Positions 37,701 to 48,329 of a DNA stretch of 64,000 nucleotides are shown here, piece after piece. Source of the stretch: Nageia nagi (taxonomy: Eukaryota > Plantae > Pinophyta). Every line of letters starts with the position of its first letter. The stretch's first letter is position 1. The notes under the pieces are model-generated. The model had not been told where the DNA came from. It did no database searches and saw nothing but the letters and a program-made list of their open reading frames with translations. The position numbers and the translations under genes were made by a program. The stretch covers positions 96,224,001-96,288,000 of the forward strand of contig JBITNC010000001.1 of assembly GCA_050084985.1 (NCBI GenBank), written 5' to 3'.

Positions 37701-39507
37701 ATTTCATTACTTCAAGGCATACCAGAAACCAGCTGGACGGCGATCCACATACAAATTCAGTGCTTGGGCAACAAAGAGAAGCCCTCCAGCGGCCTGCAGA
37801 TGAAACCATGAAGAGAAAGATTCAATTTATTGAAAATCTACACAACTCACATAACAGATTAGGAATTTCTTTATGGAACTTTGCTGTCTAAATTAATCAA
37901 GATTAACAGACGTAACTGAAAATTCAGATGCTGATTTGAAAATAAACAACAATGATGACTTCAGTAGCTACGACTTATCACTCTACCCTGTAACTGATAC
38001 AATATGGCAAAACCTTCAAAACCTATTTGGCTATAACAATACAAGGACCAGGATTGATGAAACCAGAAAACAATCTTAATTTGCTATACCAGGTTAAAAA
38101 GGTCAGTGAGCTAAAAGGATCTAACCACAGACTTTTTATCGTGACATTAAACTGGAAATGGTTAAGAGAATGTATTTTGCCTATGCCATGTTCTTTCACA
38201 TTTGACCTAGGACAAAAATCATGCATTTGAATTATATATGAAAAACTACCACAAGACATGCCAACACAGCACTTACATTTATTTCCCTAATCAGACTGTA
38301 CATTCCAGCCTCTTGTAACTGCCTCTGTGTAGGCATGTATCCCTGTATCACTAGATCATATCTCGTTAGGCAATACAAACCAAGAAAAATATATATATCT
38401 AATCCTTCATAAGCATTTTCATACTTCAAATGTGACTGCAAAATCTTTGGAAGCATACAGAACTGTTTTGCTAGGCTTTACTAATATTAACAAAAAGTAA
38501 CTCTTAAACTATCCGAGGCATTAGATAAGGACCTTCAATTCAATAGAGGGGGATGAAAAGAAAAGAATACCGTGTTGTTAATTCTTGTCTGCCTTAATCT
38601 CTTTCGAACATTCTCTGGTGGATTCTTCTTGCAGAACTCACGAATTGCAGGAGAAAGTCTTCTTACAGCATAAGGTCTTCTTGCAAGATCCAAAAGCCCT
38701 TTTGGAGGCTACAACATAATAATTATCAAAAAAAGACTCCTTAATAGGATTTGATGCAAGAGGAAATCCCAATCTCTAGAAACATGAAAAGAACTAACAA
38801 AAAAAAGTCTACAAATGCAATTTTTAATCAAAAATGGCAATTGCAAAAGCATGTCTTTGTACAACTCTTGGACATACCGAGCAGTTGTGCTTCATCCATT
38901 AGCTTCATATGAACCATACAAAGAATCAATATTTGAGAACTTACTAACAAATAGATTGAAAAAAGTAGACTTCAATAATCCAAAACCTGAGAATATTCTG
39001 TTACTAGTTACAACTACTGAAAGTATTTAAGAAAGGAATCAACTGAAAAGAAAATATTTCACTGCATAACATTACTTACAAAAATTATCAACTTCTTGCT
39101 TTCAATATCAACTTTCTTGACAATCTCATCCACAACAGGAACCAGGATTTCGGTTGCAAGAGGAATGCTTTCAAATGAGCTATTTTTCCGTTGCTTCAAT
39201 ATTACTGCTTGTGTACCAGATGAAAACTTGCCTTCCAAGACATGTGTCTCCATCTGATCACCAGCCTCATCTCTACATTTCGCAGAAGATTCTACCACCT
39301 TCAGCCATGTAAGGTTTGTGCCTGCATGATCAGAAACTGATATCGGCCCAGGGACTTGAATCACTTCTGATACCTTTCCCAATGCACCACCCTTAATCTC
39401 AAAGTGAACAGTCCAACCAACAACATTAAGTTCACCAGACACTATGTCATCAGCACTTAACTGGTTCCAACGAACTGCATAGTTTTCTCCTCTGGTTGCA
39501 CATATCA
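4515..39507 (-). CDS. Multi-exon host gene (partial, ~440 aa visible): RimM-like PRC-barrel + repeated helical motif + WW-like module; join(39080-39507,38571-38708,38277-38342,37723-37793,31821-31900,17942-18093,5132-5314,4515-4718)
   Basis: Eight segments, each flanked by AG/GT on the minus strand, with matching phases at all 7 junctions. The joined frame has no stops and motifs run across junctions (LIIF|PPKGLLDL, REIN|AAGG, GFW|ENL, ECKG|KHYYWNP, DLNHA|IISHGG). Domain names come from visual motif recognition, not a search. Confidence 0.88.
5132..5314 (-). CDS. Host exon G (183 bp): IISHGGYKAVGYALQR...GLMTLSQ
   Basis: Acceptor tatacAG, donor GTgaga, phase 0-0; completes repeat 2. Confidence 0.83.
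5967..6740 (+). pseudogene. Degenerate LINE-associated ORF3 homologue
   Basis: Across stops and frameshifts: LRPEP..ELKRADDWEFLEMFEGFD..WTEGYVTV..FEIS..ISEISG..REGLPQPWPKVAGTIMNYFTLDT..YHLAILNH..VNMPY..QQGLFLLI. Confidence 0.65.
7037..11287 (+). mobile_element. ~4.25 kb solo LTR (long-LTR Gypsy, possibly Ogre/Tat-like)
   Basis: Termini TGTTG...CAACA; flanks GGTTG (7032-7036) and AGTTG (11288-11292), a 4/5 TSD; CTATAAATA at 10338; no gag/pol; start resembles 13491 and the reverse complement of the 24774 and 52244 ends. Confidence 0.75.
8040..9790 (+). repeat. Diverged tandem array, ~183 bp unit, ~10 copies, inside the LTR
   Basis: ctaggcgca...ggaaatccaatgga...tggtgcct motif recurs at about 8101, 8285, 8467, 8651, 8833, 9016, 9199, 9382, 9563 and 9747. 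Confidence 0.8.
13793..14702. repeat. Array of ~8 palindromic ~46 bp units (GCATGCCTCCAAAAGACAA-AATC-TTGTCTTTTGGAGGCATGC consensus) with variable spacers
   Basis: Copies at about 13793, 13907, 14029, 14142, 14287 (partial), 14370, 14442 and 14657. Confidence 0.85.
15039..16832 (+). pseudogene. Degenerate retroelement accessory ORF (not gag/pol), broken by stops and frameshifts
   Basis: Collinear + strand ORFs 15164-15559, 15679-16074, 16215-16430 and 16554-16832 with linking text (LMLSRILGKEDASKFKKELFGFI; VLSDTIANQL..FYLNSYLVYSL); Pro/Ser-rich tail. Confidence 0.65.
17942..18093 (-). CDS. Host exon F (152 bp): (G)KHYYWNPVTDEISQTKP...AVMPRQSTVMVAKRWDLNHA
   Basis: Acceptor aaacAG, donor GTaaga, phase 1-0; WW-like second half plus first half of repeat 2. 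Confidence 0.85.
18735..20086 (+). pseudogene. L1 ORF1 (DUF4283-like region + zinc knuckle + acidic/basic tail)
   Basis: LVGKFMGSRP..W..W, SRPWWF..GLHLKKWYPGF, VPMWVTLPNLPLDF, CTEYKILDHMAKEC; stops and frameshifts. Confidence 0.8.
20135..26825 (+). pseudogene. L1 ORF2 (APE endonuclease - reverse transcriptase - zf-RVT), interrupted at 21715-24774
   Basis: MKLLFWNIKG, PDIILLQETK, RLDRILVS, SDHYPLLL, WLKEGDRNTKFF, KAPGPDGF, LISLCN..KVITK, HQFIDDTIL, YLGMPL, RRFLWAG, LGGLGLR, RCNLCYKEEKTRDHILLNC. Confidence 0.93.
21715..24774 (-). mobile_element. 3.06 kb solo LTR (long-LTR family) inserted in the L1 RT region
   Basis: Exact TSD CAAGG (21710-21714 and 24775-24779); termini (C)GTTG...CAACA; removing it rejoins L1 ISLCN..KVITKI; homologous to 47088-52244. 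Confidence 0.88.
27154..28900 (+). pseudogene. Extra ORF3 downstream of L1 ORF2 (conserved N domain, K/E-rich linker, conserved C domain)
   Basis: ORF pieces 27078-27308, 27384-27662, 27911-28431 and 28643-28900. The N part matches 5967-6570; the C part (MLAKAMLRKGKPSPIFEGV) matches ~59421-59495 (MMLAEAMIQKGQPSPIFDNI). Confidence 0.7.
28936..30126 (-). mobile_element. 1.19 kb Gypsy solo LTR in the L1 3' region
   Basis: TGTAA...TTACA, exact TSD ACTCT; reverse-complement homologue of 48330-49589 and 54802-55962. Confidence 0.9.
30955..31502 (+). repeat. Direct tandem duplication, ~273 bp x2
   Basis: catattgttgtttattaatgctggggaatttc...gggcattttcagatatataaa occurs twice in tandem with high identity. 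Confidence 0.9.
31821..31900 (-). CDS. Host exon E (80 bp): (W)ENLTRVDIEIECFIWECWTVTFDECK(G)
   Basis: Acceptor tgtggcAG, donor GTgatt; phase 2 in and phase 1 out match both neighbours. Confidence 0.82.
32913..33592. mobile_element. Non-autonomous hAT-like MITE with a very AT-rich core
   Basis: Flanking direct repeat GTAGGAAT (32905-32912 and 33593-33600); GGGGAC-type subterminal motifs; TIRs weak. Confidence 0.5.
33776..37230 (-). mobile_element. Complete-ended hAT DNA transposon (degenerate transposase)
   Basis: TIRs CTAAGTTACC / GGTAACATAG; exact 8-bp TSD GCAAAACT (33768-33775 and 37231-37238); GGTACG/GGTTCG-type subterminal repeats. Confidence 0.92.
34106..36600 (-). pseudogene. hAT transposase pseudogene (BED remnant, DUF659-like region, C-terminal dimerization domain) with GT-AG introns
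   Basis: IARCIYANGLAFNLVRSPYW, SIISDGWKDVKNWPLINVI, MDNGKNC, FWTPCVV.SLNLML, ASSSFAERNWSTYSFIHS..AEDLIYVYSN; intron e.g. 34463-34556. Confidence 0.88.
37723..37793 (-). CDS. Host exon D (71 bp): AAGGLLFVAQALNLYVDRRPAGF(W)
   Basis: Acceptor tctgcAG, donor GTatgc, ends in phase 2; completes repeat 1 (GG...VA..L.L). Confidence 0.85.
38277..38342 (-). CDS. Host exon C (66 bp): GYMPTQRQLQEAGMYSLIREIN
   Basis: Acceptor atacAG, donor GTaagt, phase 0-0; first half of repeat 1. Confidence 0.85.
38571..38708 (-). CDS. Host exon B (138 bp): PPKGLLDLARRPYAVRRLSPAIREFCKKNPPENVRKRLRQTRINNT
   Basis: Acceptor tgttgtAG, donor GTattc, phase 0-0. PPKGLLDL completes the RimM-type terminal motif. Not in the ORF track. 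Confidence 0.87.
39080..39507 (-). CDS. Host exon A (428 bp): PRC-barrel/RimM-like region (VVGWTVHFEIKGGALGKVSEVI...ILVPVVDEIVKKVDIESKKLIIF)
   Basis: Acceptor tttcttttattAG, donor GTaagt; lies within ORF 39059-39538; resembles the RimM C-terminal PRC barrel. Confidence 0.88.
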
Positions 39508-40459
39508 CTAATAAAAGAAATATCAAATACTGGCCCAAAAACTAGAGATAATACTTCAAACATCAGTTCCTAAATGAGCATTCCCACAATAATTTTGTTG
39601 GCAGTTGCTGAAAAATAAAATTCAAATATAAATGTAATACTATAGAATAAAGGCTAAGAAATCATCATTGAATCCTGAAAAACATACAAAGAAACTTATA
39701 TTAATATCTACAAGTTACCAAAATAAGATAAATTGAGAGTCGAAAGGGAAAAAAAGATCCAAATCACTGTTTAAGCCCAAACGAGGTCTCACAAATGAAA
39801 GAACAAGACTAAAAATAATTTGAGCTAAAGCATGATACAGAATATATTTTGAAAAGCATGTCAAAATCATCAATACAAATAGCACAAATTATGTAAGTTG
39901 AATCTAAACAACACTAGAATGCTGCATGGTAGAAAAGTCACAATAAACATCAAATGTCCAAAATGAACCAATACAAGATCTAATGATTCTCAAGCGTGGT
40001 GAAGGAGTGAACATGAATAGACTATCCTATGACGGTGTGCAAAGTAGCTTCTTGGGACTTTGCTAACATCCAAGTCAACCAAACTATAAGGGAAAATAAC
40101 CAGTTGGTGATGCATGTCCGTCAAGACTACCCAATTTGTGGATGAAAGGAGAAAGACAGCCCACAATATAAAGGGTTAAAGGATCTCTCAACACCTAGCC
40201 ACGGTCTATGAAGGAAGACATGGCCGCATACATCTATCATTCCTATCAACTCTAATAGTAGAAGCATCGAAAGGGCGTTCAGTTCCCCAGTGCTAATGAT
40301 AGGAGGAAAAGACGTGAATAATCTAGTTGTGCTTTGAGACCTCCTAGAGGGTTTGCTGCTTATGAGTAATTGCTTCCTGAAGGTATAGAACCAATAGCAT
40401 CTCCTTTCAAGATAACAAAGAAAAAAAGTGATCCTTCCGAAGATCTAAAGAAGCAATAG

Positions 40460-41340
40460 GACCTCCCAAGTATCTAAAGAAACATAAGGACCTCCCAAGT
40501 ATCTGAATAAGCAATAGTACATCCCTTGAATCTAATATAGATTGTAATGATTTCAACCAGTAATAAACAAAAATAATGCAGAAAATAAACCAGAAATATT
40601 TTTATTTCAAACCCTAGTTACTAGATCTGGAAAATATAACACAAACCCTAGGTATTTGACAATGATATTTCAGATCCACCACAAACTCAGATATATTATA
40701 GCAGAATATTCTGTACAAATCAGATTAGGGCACAAGCTGGAGGAGTGCACCTGATAGATCTCAAAACTGACCACCAAATTTTACTGAAATATTCCCTAGG
40801 GCTGGATGTCTCTCTAGGTTTACAAAATACCACTTTTTGATGGACCAAATGGCTGGATGTCACATTCCAAGGTTGAAACAAAAATCTGAATGTGGAAATG
40901 TGGCCTCCAAACCCTAAACGTCCCTTCTCTAGGGTTTCCAAACCCTAAAACTGAAGATAACTTGCTGAAATGTTGAATATTGAAGCCCAATGTGAATTCT
41001 GGCTGAATCCACCATAGAAACTTGGAGGTTTTCATCTCCAAGCCCTAGATCCAAAAGGGTTCCAAGAGGGTTTTCGTCCTCAATGGATATTCTTGCAGGT
41101 TTTCGACCACAAGAACCCTAATGTGTAGCAGGAGCTCTCACACCAAGTTAGAAGAAAAGAATAATAAGCATGAAAGCCTAAAAATGACTTACTCCATCCT
41201 TATAGAGCAAACTCACTTTAAGAGGGGCCCAAACTTGTCTTAAGACAATATTATAACATTCTTCTGTAAGTTATATTCTAATTTCTCATTGGGTTCAGGT
41301 TCACTTTATTGACATAAAGTAAAGGAAATAACATAACTCA
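40460..41340 (-). mobile_element. Probable LTR-retrotransposon 5' remnant (short LTR + degenerate PBS + leader)
   Basis: gctctcacacca at ~41133-41144 is a degenerate reverse complement of the TGGTATCAGAGC primer site; AAACCCTA-rich leader to its left. Confidence 0.35.
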
Positions 41341-41809
41341 AAATTAAAATATTATTAGCATGCCAAAAAGGTGACATAACCCTCATGGAGGGATTTAGAA
41401 ATAATTTTGAGTGCAAAAAGGTGATTCCCATGGTAGGGTCATCACATAGATAGAACATAAAAGATAAAATTGTTCTTCTATGTCCAGTTCCCAAAGAAAG
41501 GAAAGGTGACAAATCCTATTATTCGAAGGAATATCATGGTTTGTTTCCACTTGCAATTAGTGGTAAGAGTCTAAGTTGGACAAGTGGAATACAAAGGCCA
41601 AAACTCGAATGTCATTGAGTATAATCAATATCAGTGATTCTGCCATTCTCAACATACAAAAGATGGTGGACATAGAAAACCAATTTATGGTTAAGGGTTC
41701 AGGTGGGGAAATATGTGTAACCTGAATGTATTGTTCATAGATAACACTTGTCTGCTCCATTGATGAGGTCAAGGGGTCTAGGTGGTGAAATATTTGTAAC
41801 CTGAATGTA

Positions 41810-44800
41810 TTGTCAATGATAAGAGTTACATCAATGATAACTTCATCAAGCAATAGGCCTCAAAGATTATGGTAGATGGGTTTCTTGAACCACAAACTGA
41901 AACGAAATTCGCCATATACTCTCGAAATGGTATCTCACCACATTAAATGGAATGTCTAAAAAGTACCAAAAAATAGCACATAGCTTTTTAACCTCTTGAA
42001 ACTTCTCCCTACTCCATCCAGTTGTGGCAAGGGAGAGTTAGCTACTGGGAAAGGAATAGGGGGCAAAAAAATCACATGCCACAACACCTAGGAATCAGCA
42101 TGTAGCTACAAAAGACCCATGTTTAATCCTACAGCCAATACCTATCCCTATGTTACTTGCAGCCTCATGAAAAACTAGTAGCAGGAGGAGGAGGTGGAGG
42201 CCATGCCATCTCTATTTGAGTTCTCTTCCTTGTATTCTTCTTTTCTTGAAAAGCTTCTAGGTATGCCTTGACTTCTCGTTACACTTTAAGCTCAACTTTG
42301 TTACACAAGCAGACATCGCGGTTGAGAATTCTAACAAGATGATATTTCATTCTATCTAGACCCCCATGAGCCAATGCAACGTAGTAGTTACATATTGTGG
42401 TGTTTGGTTTTGGACCCAGCTTCCAATGCTTCCAAATGGAATCTTGTCTATGTGAGCCTAAGGAGATCATGTTTTAAGTTGAAATTCAAAATTCAAACCC
42501 TAGCAATTGAAAGAAAAAAATCAAAAAGGAGCTCATATTAAAATATTAAACAAGTAGTTTCAAGTTTCAATATGTTTACCTCTTTTAAAAAATCAAAAAC
42601 TTTGCCTGAACATGTTTACATTTTTAAAAATCAAATATATATTCAAACCCTTCCTAAATAGTCAAAAAATCAAATTTAAATGTCAAATAGTTGTCAAACC
42701 TAAGTTGCAGATGAGAAAACATCGGCGGGTTGAATGAAAAATCCTATTGGGAAAGGAATTGGCGGCAAACAAATCACATGCCACAACACCTGAAAATCAG
42801 CATGTAGCTACAAAAGACCCATGTTTAATCCTAGGGTCAATACTTATTGCTATGTTCCTTGCAGCTCCATGAAAAAATGGAAGTAGGAAGAGGAGGTCGA
42901 CGCCATGCCATCTCTATTTGAGTTCTCTTGTATTATTGATTTCTTGAAAAGCTAGGTATGCATTGACTTCTCGTTACACTTTAAGCTCAACTTTGTTACA
43001 CAAGCAAACATTGCGGTTGAGAATTCTAGCAAGACGATATTTCATTCTATCTGAACCCAATGCAACGTAGTAGTTAAATATTGTGGTGTTTGGTTTTGGA
43101 ACTGGCTTTCAATGCTTCCAAACAGAATCATGTCTATGTAAGCCTAAGGAGCTCATGTTTTAAGCTGAAATTCAAATTCCAAACCCTAGCAATTGAAAGA
43201 AAAAAATAAATCAAAAAGGAGATCATATTAAAATATTAAACAAGTAGTTTCAAGTTTCAACATGTTTACCTCTTTTGAAAAATCAAAAACTTTGCCTTAA
43301 CATGTTTACTTTTTTTAAAAGTCAAATACATATTTAAACTTGCCTAAACAGTCCAAAAAAAAAATTTAAATGTCAAATAGTTGTCAAACCTAAATTGCAA
43401 ATGAGAAAACATCAGTGGGTTGCATGAAAAATTCTATTGGGAAAGGAATAGGGGGAAAAAAAATCACATGCCACAACACTTGAAAATCAGCATGTAGCTA
43501 CCAAAGACCCATGTTTAATCCTACGGCCAATACCTATCCCTATGTTACTTGCAACCTCATGAAAAAATGTTTGTAGAAGGAGGAGGTGGAGGCCATGCCA
43601 TCTCTATTTGAGTTCTCTTCCTTGTATTCTTCTTCTCTTGAAAAGCTTCTAGGTATGCATTGACTTCTCGTTACACTTTAAGCTCAACTTTGTTACACAA
43701 GCAGACATCGCGGTTGAGAATTCTAGCAAGATGTTATTTCATTCTATTTGGACCCCCATGAGCCAATACAATGTAGTAGTTACATATTGTGATGTTTGGT
43801 TTTGGACCCAACTTCCAATGCTTCCAAATGGAATCTTGTCTATGTGAGCGTAAGGAGCTTCTGTTTTAAGCTGAAATTCAAATTTCAAACCTTAGCAATT
43901 GAAAGAAAAAAAATAAATCAAAAAAGAGCTCATATTAAAATACTAAACAAGCAGTTTCAAGCTTCAACATGTTTACCTCTTTTAAAAAATCAAAAACTTT
44001 GCCTGAACATGTTTACGTTTTTAAAATATCAAATACATATTAAAACCCTACCTAAACAATCAAAAAATCAAATTTAAATGTCAAATAGTTGTCAAACCTA
44101 AATTGCAGATGAGAAAACATCAGCAGGTTGAATGAAAAATCCTATTGGGAAAGGAATAGGTGGCAAACAAATCATATGCCAAAACACCTGAAAAATCAGC
44201 ATGTAACGACAAAAGACCCATGTTTAATTCTAGGGCAAATGCCTATCCCTATGTTACTTGCAGCTCCATGAAAAAATGGTAGTAGGAGGAGGTGGAGGCC
44301 ATGCCATCTCGATTTGAGTTCTCTTCCTTGTATTCTTATTTTCTTGAAAAGCTTCTAGGTATGCGTTGACTTCTCATTACACTTTAAGCTCAACTTTGTC
44401 ACACAAGAAAACATTGCGGTTGAGAATTCTAGCAAGATGATATTTCATTCTATCTGGACCCAATGCAACACAGTAGTTACATATTGTGGTGTTTGGTTTT
44501 GGACCCAGCTTCTAATGCTTCCAAACGGAACCTTATCTATGTGAGCCTAAGGAGCTCATGTTTTAAGCTGAAATTCAAATTTCAAACCCTAGTAGTTGAA
44601 AGAAAAAAAATATATCAAAAAGGAGCTCATATTAAAATATTAAACAAGTAGTTTCAAGTTTCAACATGTTTACCTCTTTTAAAAAATCAAAAACTTTTCC
44701 TGAACATGTTTACGTTTTTTAAAAATCAAATACATAATAAGCCCCTGCCTAAACAGTTAAATGATCAAATTTAAATGTCAAATAGTTGTCAAATCTAAAT

Positions 44801-45824
44801 TGCAGGTGAGAAAACATCTACAGGTTGAATGAAAAATCCTACTGGGAAAGGAATAAGGGGCAAAAAAATCACATGCCACAACACCTGAAACTCAACATGC
44901 AGCTACCAAAGACCTATGTTTAATCCTACTGCCAATACCTATCCCTATGTTACTTGCAACCTCACAAAAAAATGGTAGTAGGAGGAGGAGGTGGAGACCA
45001 TGCCATCTCTATTTGAGTTCTCTTCCTTGTATCTCTTCTTTTCTTGAAAAGCTTCTAGGTATGCATTGACTTCTCGTTACACTTTAAGCTCAACTTTGTT
45101 ACACAAGTAGCAAGATAACATTTCATTCTATCTGGACCCCCATGAGCCAATGCAACATAGTAGTTACATATTGTTGTGTTTGGTTTTGGACCCAGCTTCC
45201 AATGCTTCCAAATGAAATCTTGTCTATGTGAGCATAAGGAGCTCATGTTTTAAGCTGAAATTCAAATTTCAAACCCTAGCAATTTGAAAGAAAAAAAAAA
45301 TCAAAAAGGAGCTCATATTAAAACATTAAACAAGCAGTTTCAAGTTTCAACATGTTTACCTCTTTTAAAAATTCAAAAACTTTGCCTGAACATGTTTACA
45401 CTTTTAAAAAATCAAATACATAATAAAACCCTGCCTAAACAGTCAAAAAATCAAATTTAAATGTCAAATAATTGTCAAATCTAAATTGCAGATGAGAAAA
45501 CATTGGCAGGCTGAATGAAAAATTGATGAAGACGGATTATGTTCTTGTTTGGTATCAGATATAATGATGATTTTCATCCCTTTACCCTTTTCTCCCATTG
45601 GCAACAGGTAGAATGACAGTTTTGTTTGGTCTTTTTTAACCTATCAGTTTTTATTTTCCTGCAATTGTCAAGTTTTTGGCAAGTTAGTCATCGAAATACT
45701 CGTGTTTACTTGCAAGCCAATGAAAAAACAAAAACTCAAAAGCTAAGCATGAGTTGTAAGGCAACCCTCACTTGGCTTATGACATGAAAAATTTACCGAT
45801 GGCTCACCAAGTTAGATTACTATG
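41810..45824 (-). mobile_element. 5' half of a hAT element with the BED-finger segment tandemly amplified
   Basis: TIR-like end GATTACTATG at 45815-45824; BED-like WKHWKLGPKPNTTICNYY..GG.DRMKYHL..DVCLC; continues AIFWYFLDIPFNVVR...LLDEVI at 41810-41980. Confidence 0.75.
42043..45522. repeat. Tandem array, ~700 bp x5, ABABA organisation
   Basis: tgggaaaggaat marker at 42046, 42748, 43438, 44146 and 44843; the whole unit repeats. Confidence 0.95.
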
Positions 45825-45829
45825 ATCAT

Positions 45830-46990
45830 AATAAAAAATATGAGATCAATGATTTCAAATCATGTAAACAATAACAATAGTACAATAAGTATAACCATTA
45901 TAGGTCCATTGACTCATATGGGAGTGTGCCTTAACCATCTCTAAGCTATCATCCTGTTGAATCTTATCAAGATGAAGATTATCATCATTTAATGTCACTC
46001 CAACCAAGCCCAACGACTACTTATCCTCGTCAATCTGTCTAGCATGCTCAACCTCAACATCCTAGTTTGCAGGTAGAGATTCCTTATACTCTGCTTTGAC
46101 TCTATCTTGAAGGCAAAGGGAGCTATGTACTACAACTAGCTTATTCAGTTTACGAGAGGCAAGCATATTCCACCTTGCATTGTGAATGAAGTTGTAGGCT
46201 GACCAATTCCTCCTCACAAGAAAGGAACTAGCAAAATGAGAAAGAAGTCTCACTACAAGATGACGAACATTTGGTGCATCATTCCCATAAAGTTGCCAAC
46301 ATCCAAGAGGGATCATTTTGGCCAGTGGTAGCCCTGTCTCTCAATACTCTGATAAACTCAAAACAAACCCTTTGAGATTCACAAATATTAACCACTCATC
46401 TTAAAGTGTTTGTGCCTCCTCCCCCAAGTACATCTTTAGAATGGCACTCAAGAATCATTCACTAACCTCATCATCATCATCATCATCATTGAGAGGCACT
46501 CTCCCAATCTTACGCACATACCACTTGGGTTTAACCTCTTATGTTGCCATATGAAGAGATGTGTTAATCTTGTACCATCTTGACTAAATATTAGATTTGA
46601 TTTGCTCCTCATAAAAGTGCATGTCAAGCTCTTTCTCTTGCATAATTTTTTTTATTTGTCCCAACATGCTATCAAAGGTCTCATATATTTGACCTAGGTT
46701 AAGAGTTTGTGTATTAGCATATTTAATGACAGCAACAATAGGGAAAATGAAGGATAAAATGTGCCTACAAGAAATAGAAAATTCAAAATTCTATTAAAAA
46801 ATAATTTAATTTTAAAATTTAAAATTCAGATTTTTACCTCACTTAAGAAGTTGAGACCACCAATCCCCATCCAAGAGTCAAACTCTCACCTTCTTTGCCA
46901 CCTCAATCTTCAACTTTGTCCACTTCTTCCACTTTGCGAAGACAACCATGGATTGGAATGCATCATATATTTCAACCATCCTCTCCAATA
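45830..46990 (-). pseudogene. 3' part of a hAT transposase (dimerization domain)
   Basis: ORF 46062-46316: WQLYGNDAPNVRHLVVRLLSHFASSF..RRNWSAYNFIH...KLNKLVVVHSSL; upstream RWYKINTSLHMA..LNPKWY remnant. Confidence 0.8.
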
Positions 46991-48329
46991 AATTGAAATA
47001 AGTGACATATCTATATCTCCAAGTTTAATGAATTCTTTCTTTGAAAATGATATAAAAGAATCATATGTATAAAGATAAACATCTTTGTGTTGGTTAGTTT
47101 TTCTTTCCTACCTTGTTGATAGGAAAATGTCTCACAAGGTTCTCCAAGAAACCAACACCTTAGGTGGAAAGGTTTTCCCCTACCCACTATGAGAACTGGT
47201 TACTTCAAAGGTCTCTCTTTCGGGAATTGAAAGAACAAGACTCGGAGACTGGCTAAGATGTTTAAAGCTGCCACCAACTCAAATAACATTTGTTTGTCAA
47301 GTACTCAAATTGTTTAGTGTCTAGACAAGGGTTACTTCTCAAATACTAAAGAAAAAAAGGGATGCGAAACCGTGCAAAGAAAGTGTAAAACAAAAGAAAA
47401 AAGTGTAGGAGGGAAAATTGGAAATGGCTTGAGGCATATGAATTCAACCCTTCACATCGAGCTCCACCAACAGGTACAGTGTCTAAATGCCAAGTTCCTT
47501 TGGGTTCGTTATGAATTCCATGCATCCACCTATCCTCTCATACTAGCCAACAACATGAATGGTCTAGAAGGAATATACTCTCACACTAGTCAACAACACG
47601 AATGGTCTAGAGGAGGGAGCATGTGTCTAAGGGAGCAAAGGTGTTCATTGGAGCAAGGATAACACCTTCAACATGTGGTTGAAGTTCTCATGCTAAACAT
47701 AATAAGGGAACACACTTCAAAATTATACAAATCTAGTTGCATACCATAAGCAATCATTAACGATGCATTGCATTCAACACTTTGAAAGAAAAATCAACCA
47801 CTCTTTTACCCACCTCTCAAGAGGTTTGCCAAATGTTCCAAAAATCTAAGTAACACACACCAATGATAACATTACATACCAACGCTCAAAGTAACAAAGA
47901 AATGTAGTTGCGTAATTTAACTTAAAAGATCATGCCACATTCACCATAGACAAGTGCTTGATAGAAAGAATTATTCTAGTCATCTATTAGCAAATGTTCA
48001 TGACTATAATCCAAAAATTCCATCTCCTTACAAATGAGCATTCAAGAGGTATAAATAGTTTTTCATGCCAACCCTAAGTATTGCCCTAACCCTAATGCGA
48101 ATTCCAAGAAAATTAATGCAAGTCCAATGAAAAATCTGCACATGGCATTACAAGATTTATTCTAGCACTTGTGGGAGCAAATCCTCATTCGCCACAAGGC
48201 TAAACCAAATTTAATAAGTCTTTGAGATTCAAATTCAAAATAAAATAGCAATAAATAACATAAAATTGTTGCAACTTCAACACTTAGACTTGTCCATCTT
48301 CATTGCTTCTACAACACTTAGCTCGAAAC

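Noticed and set aside
39080-39507. Assigning the gene symbol rimM
   Set aside because: Only the PRC-barrel-like end is visible and the downstream domains differ from canonical RimM, so orthology is not established.
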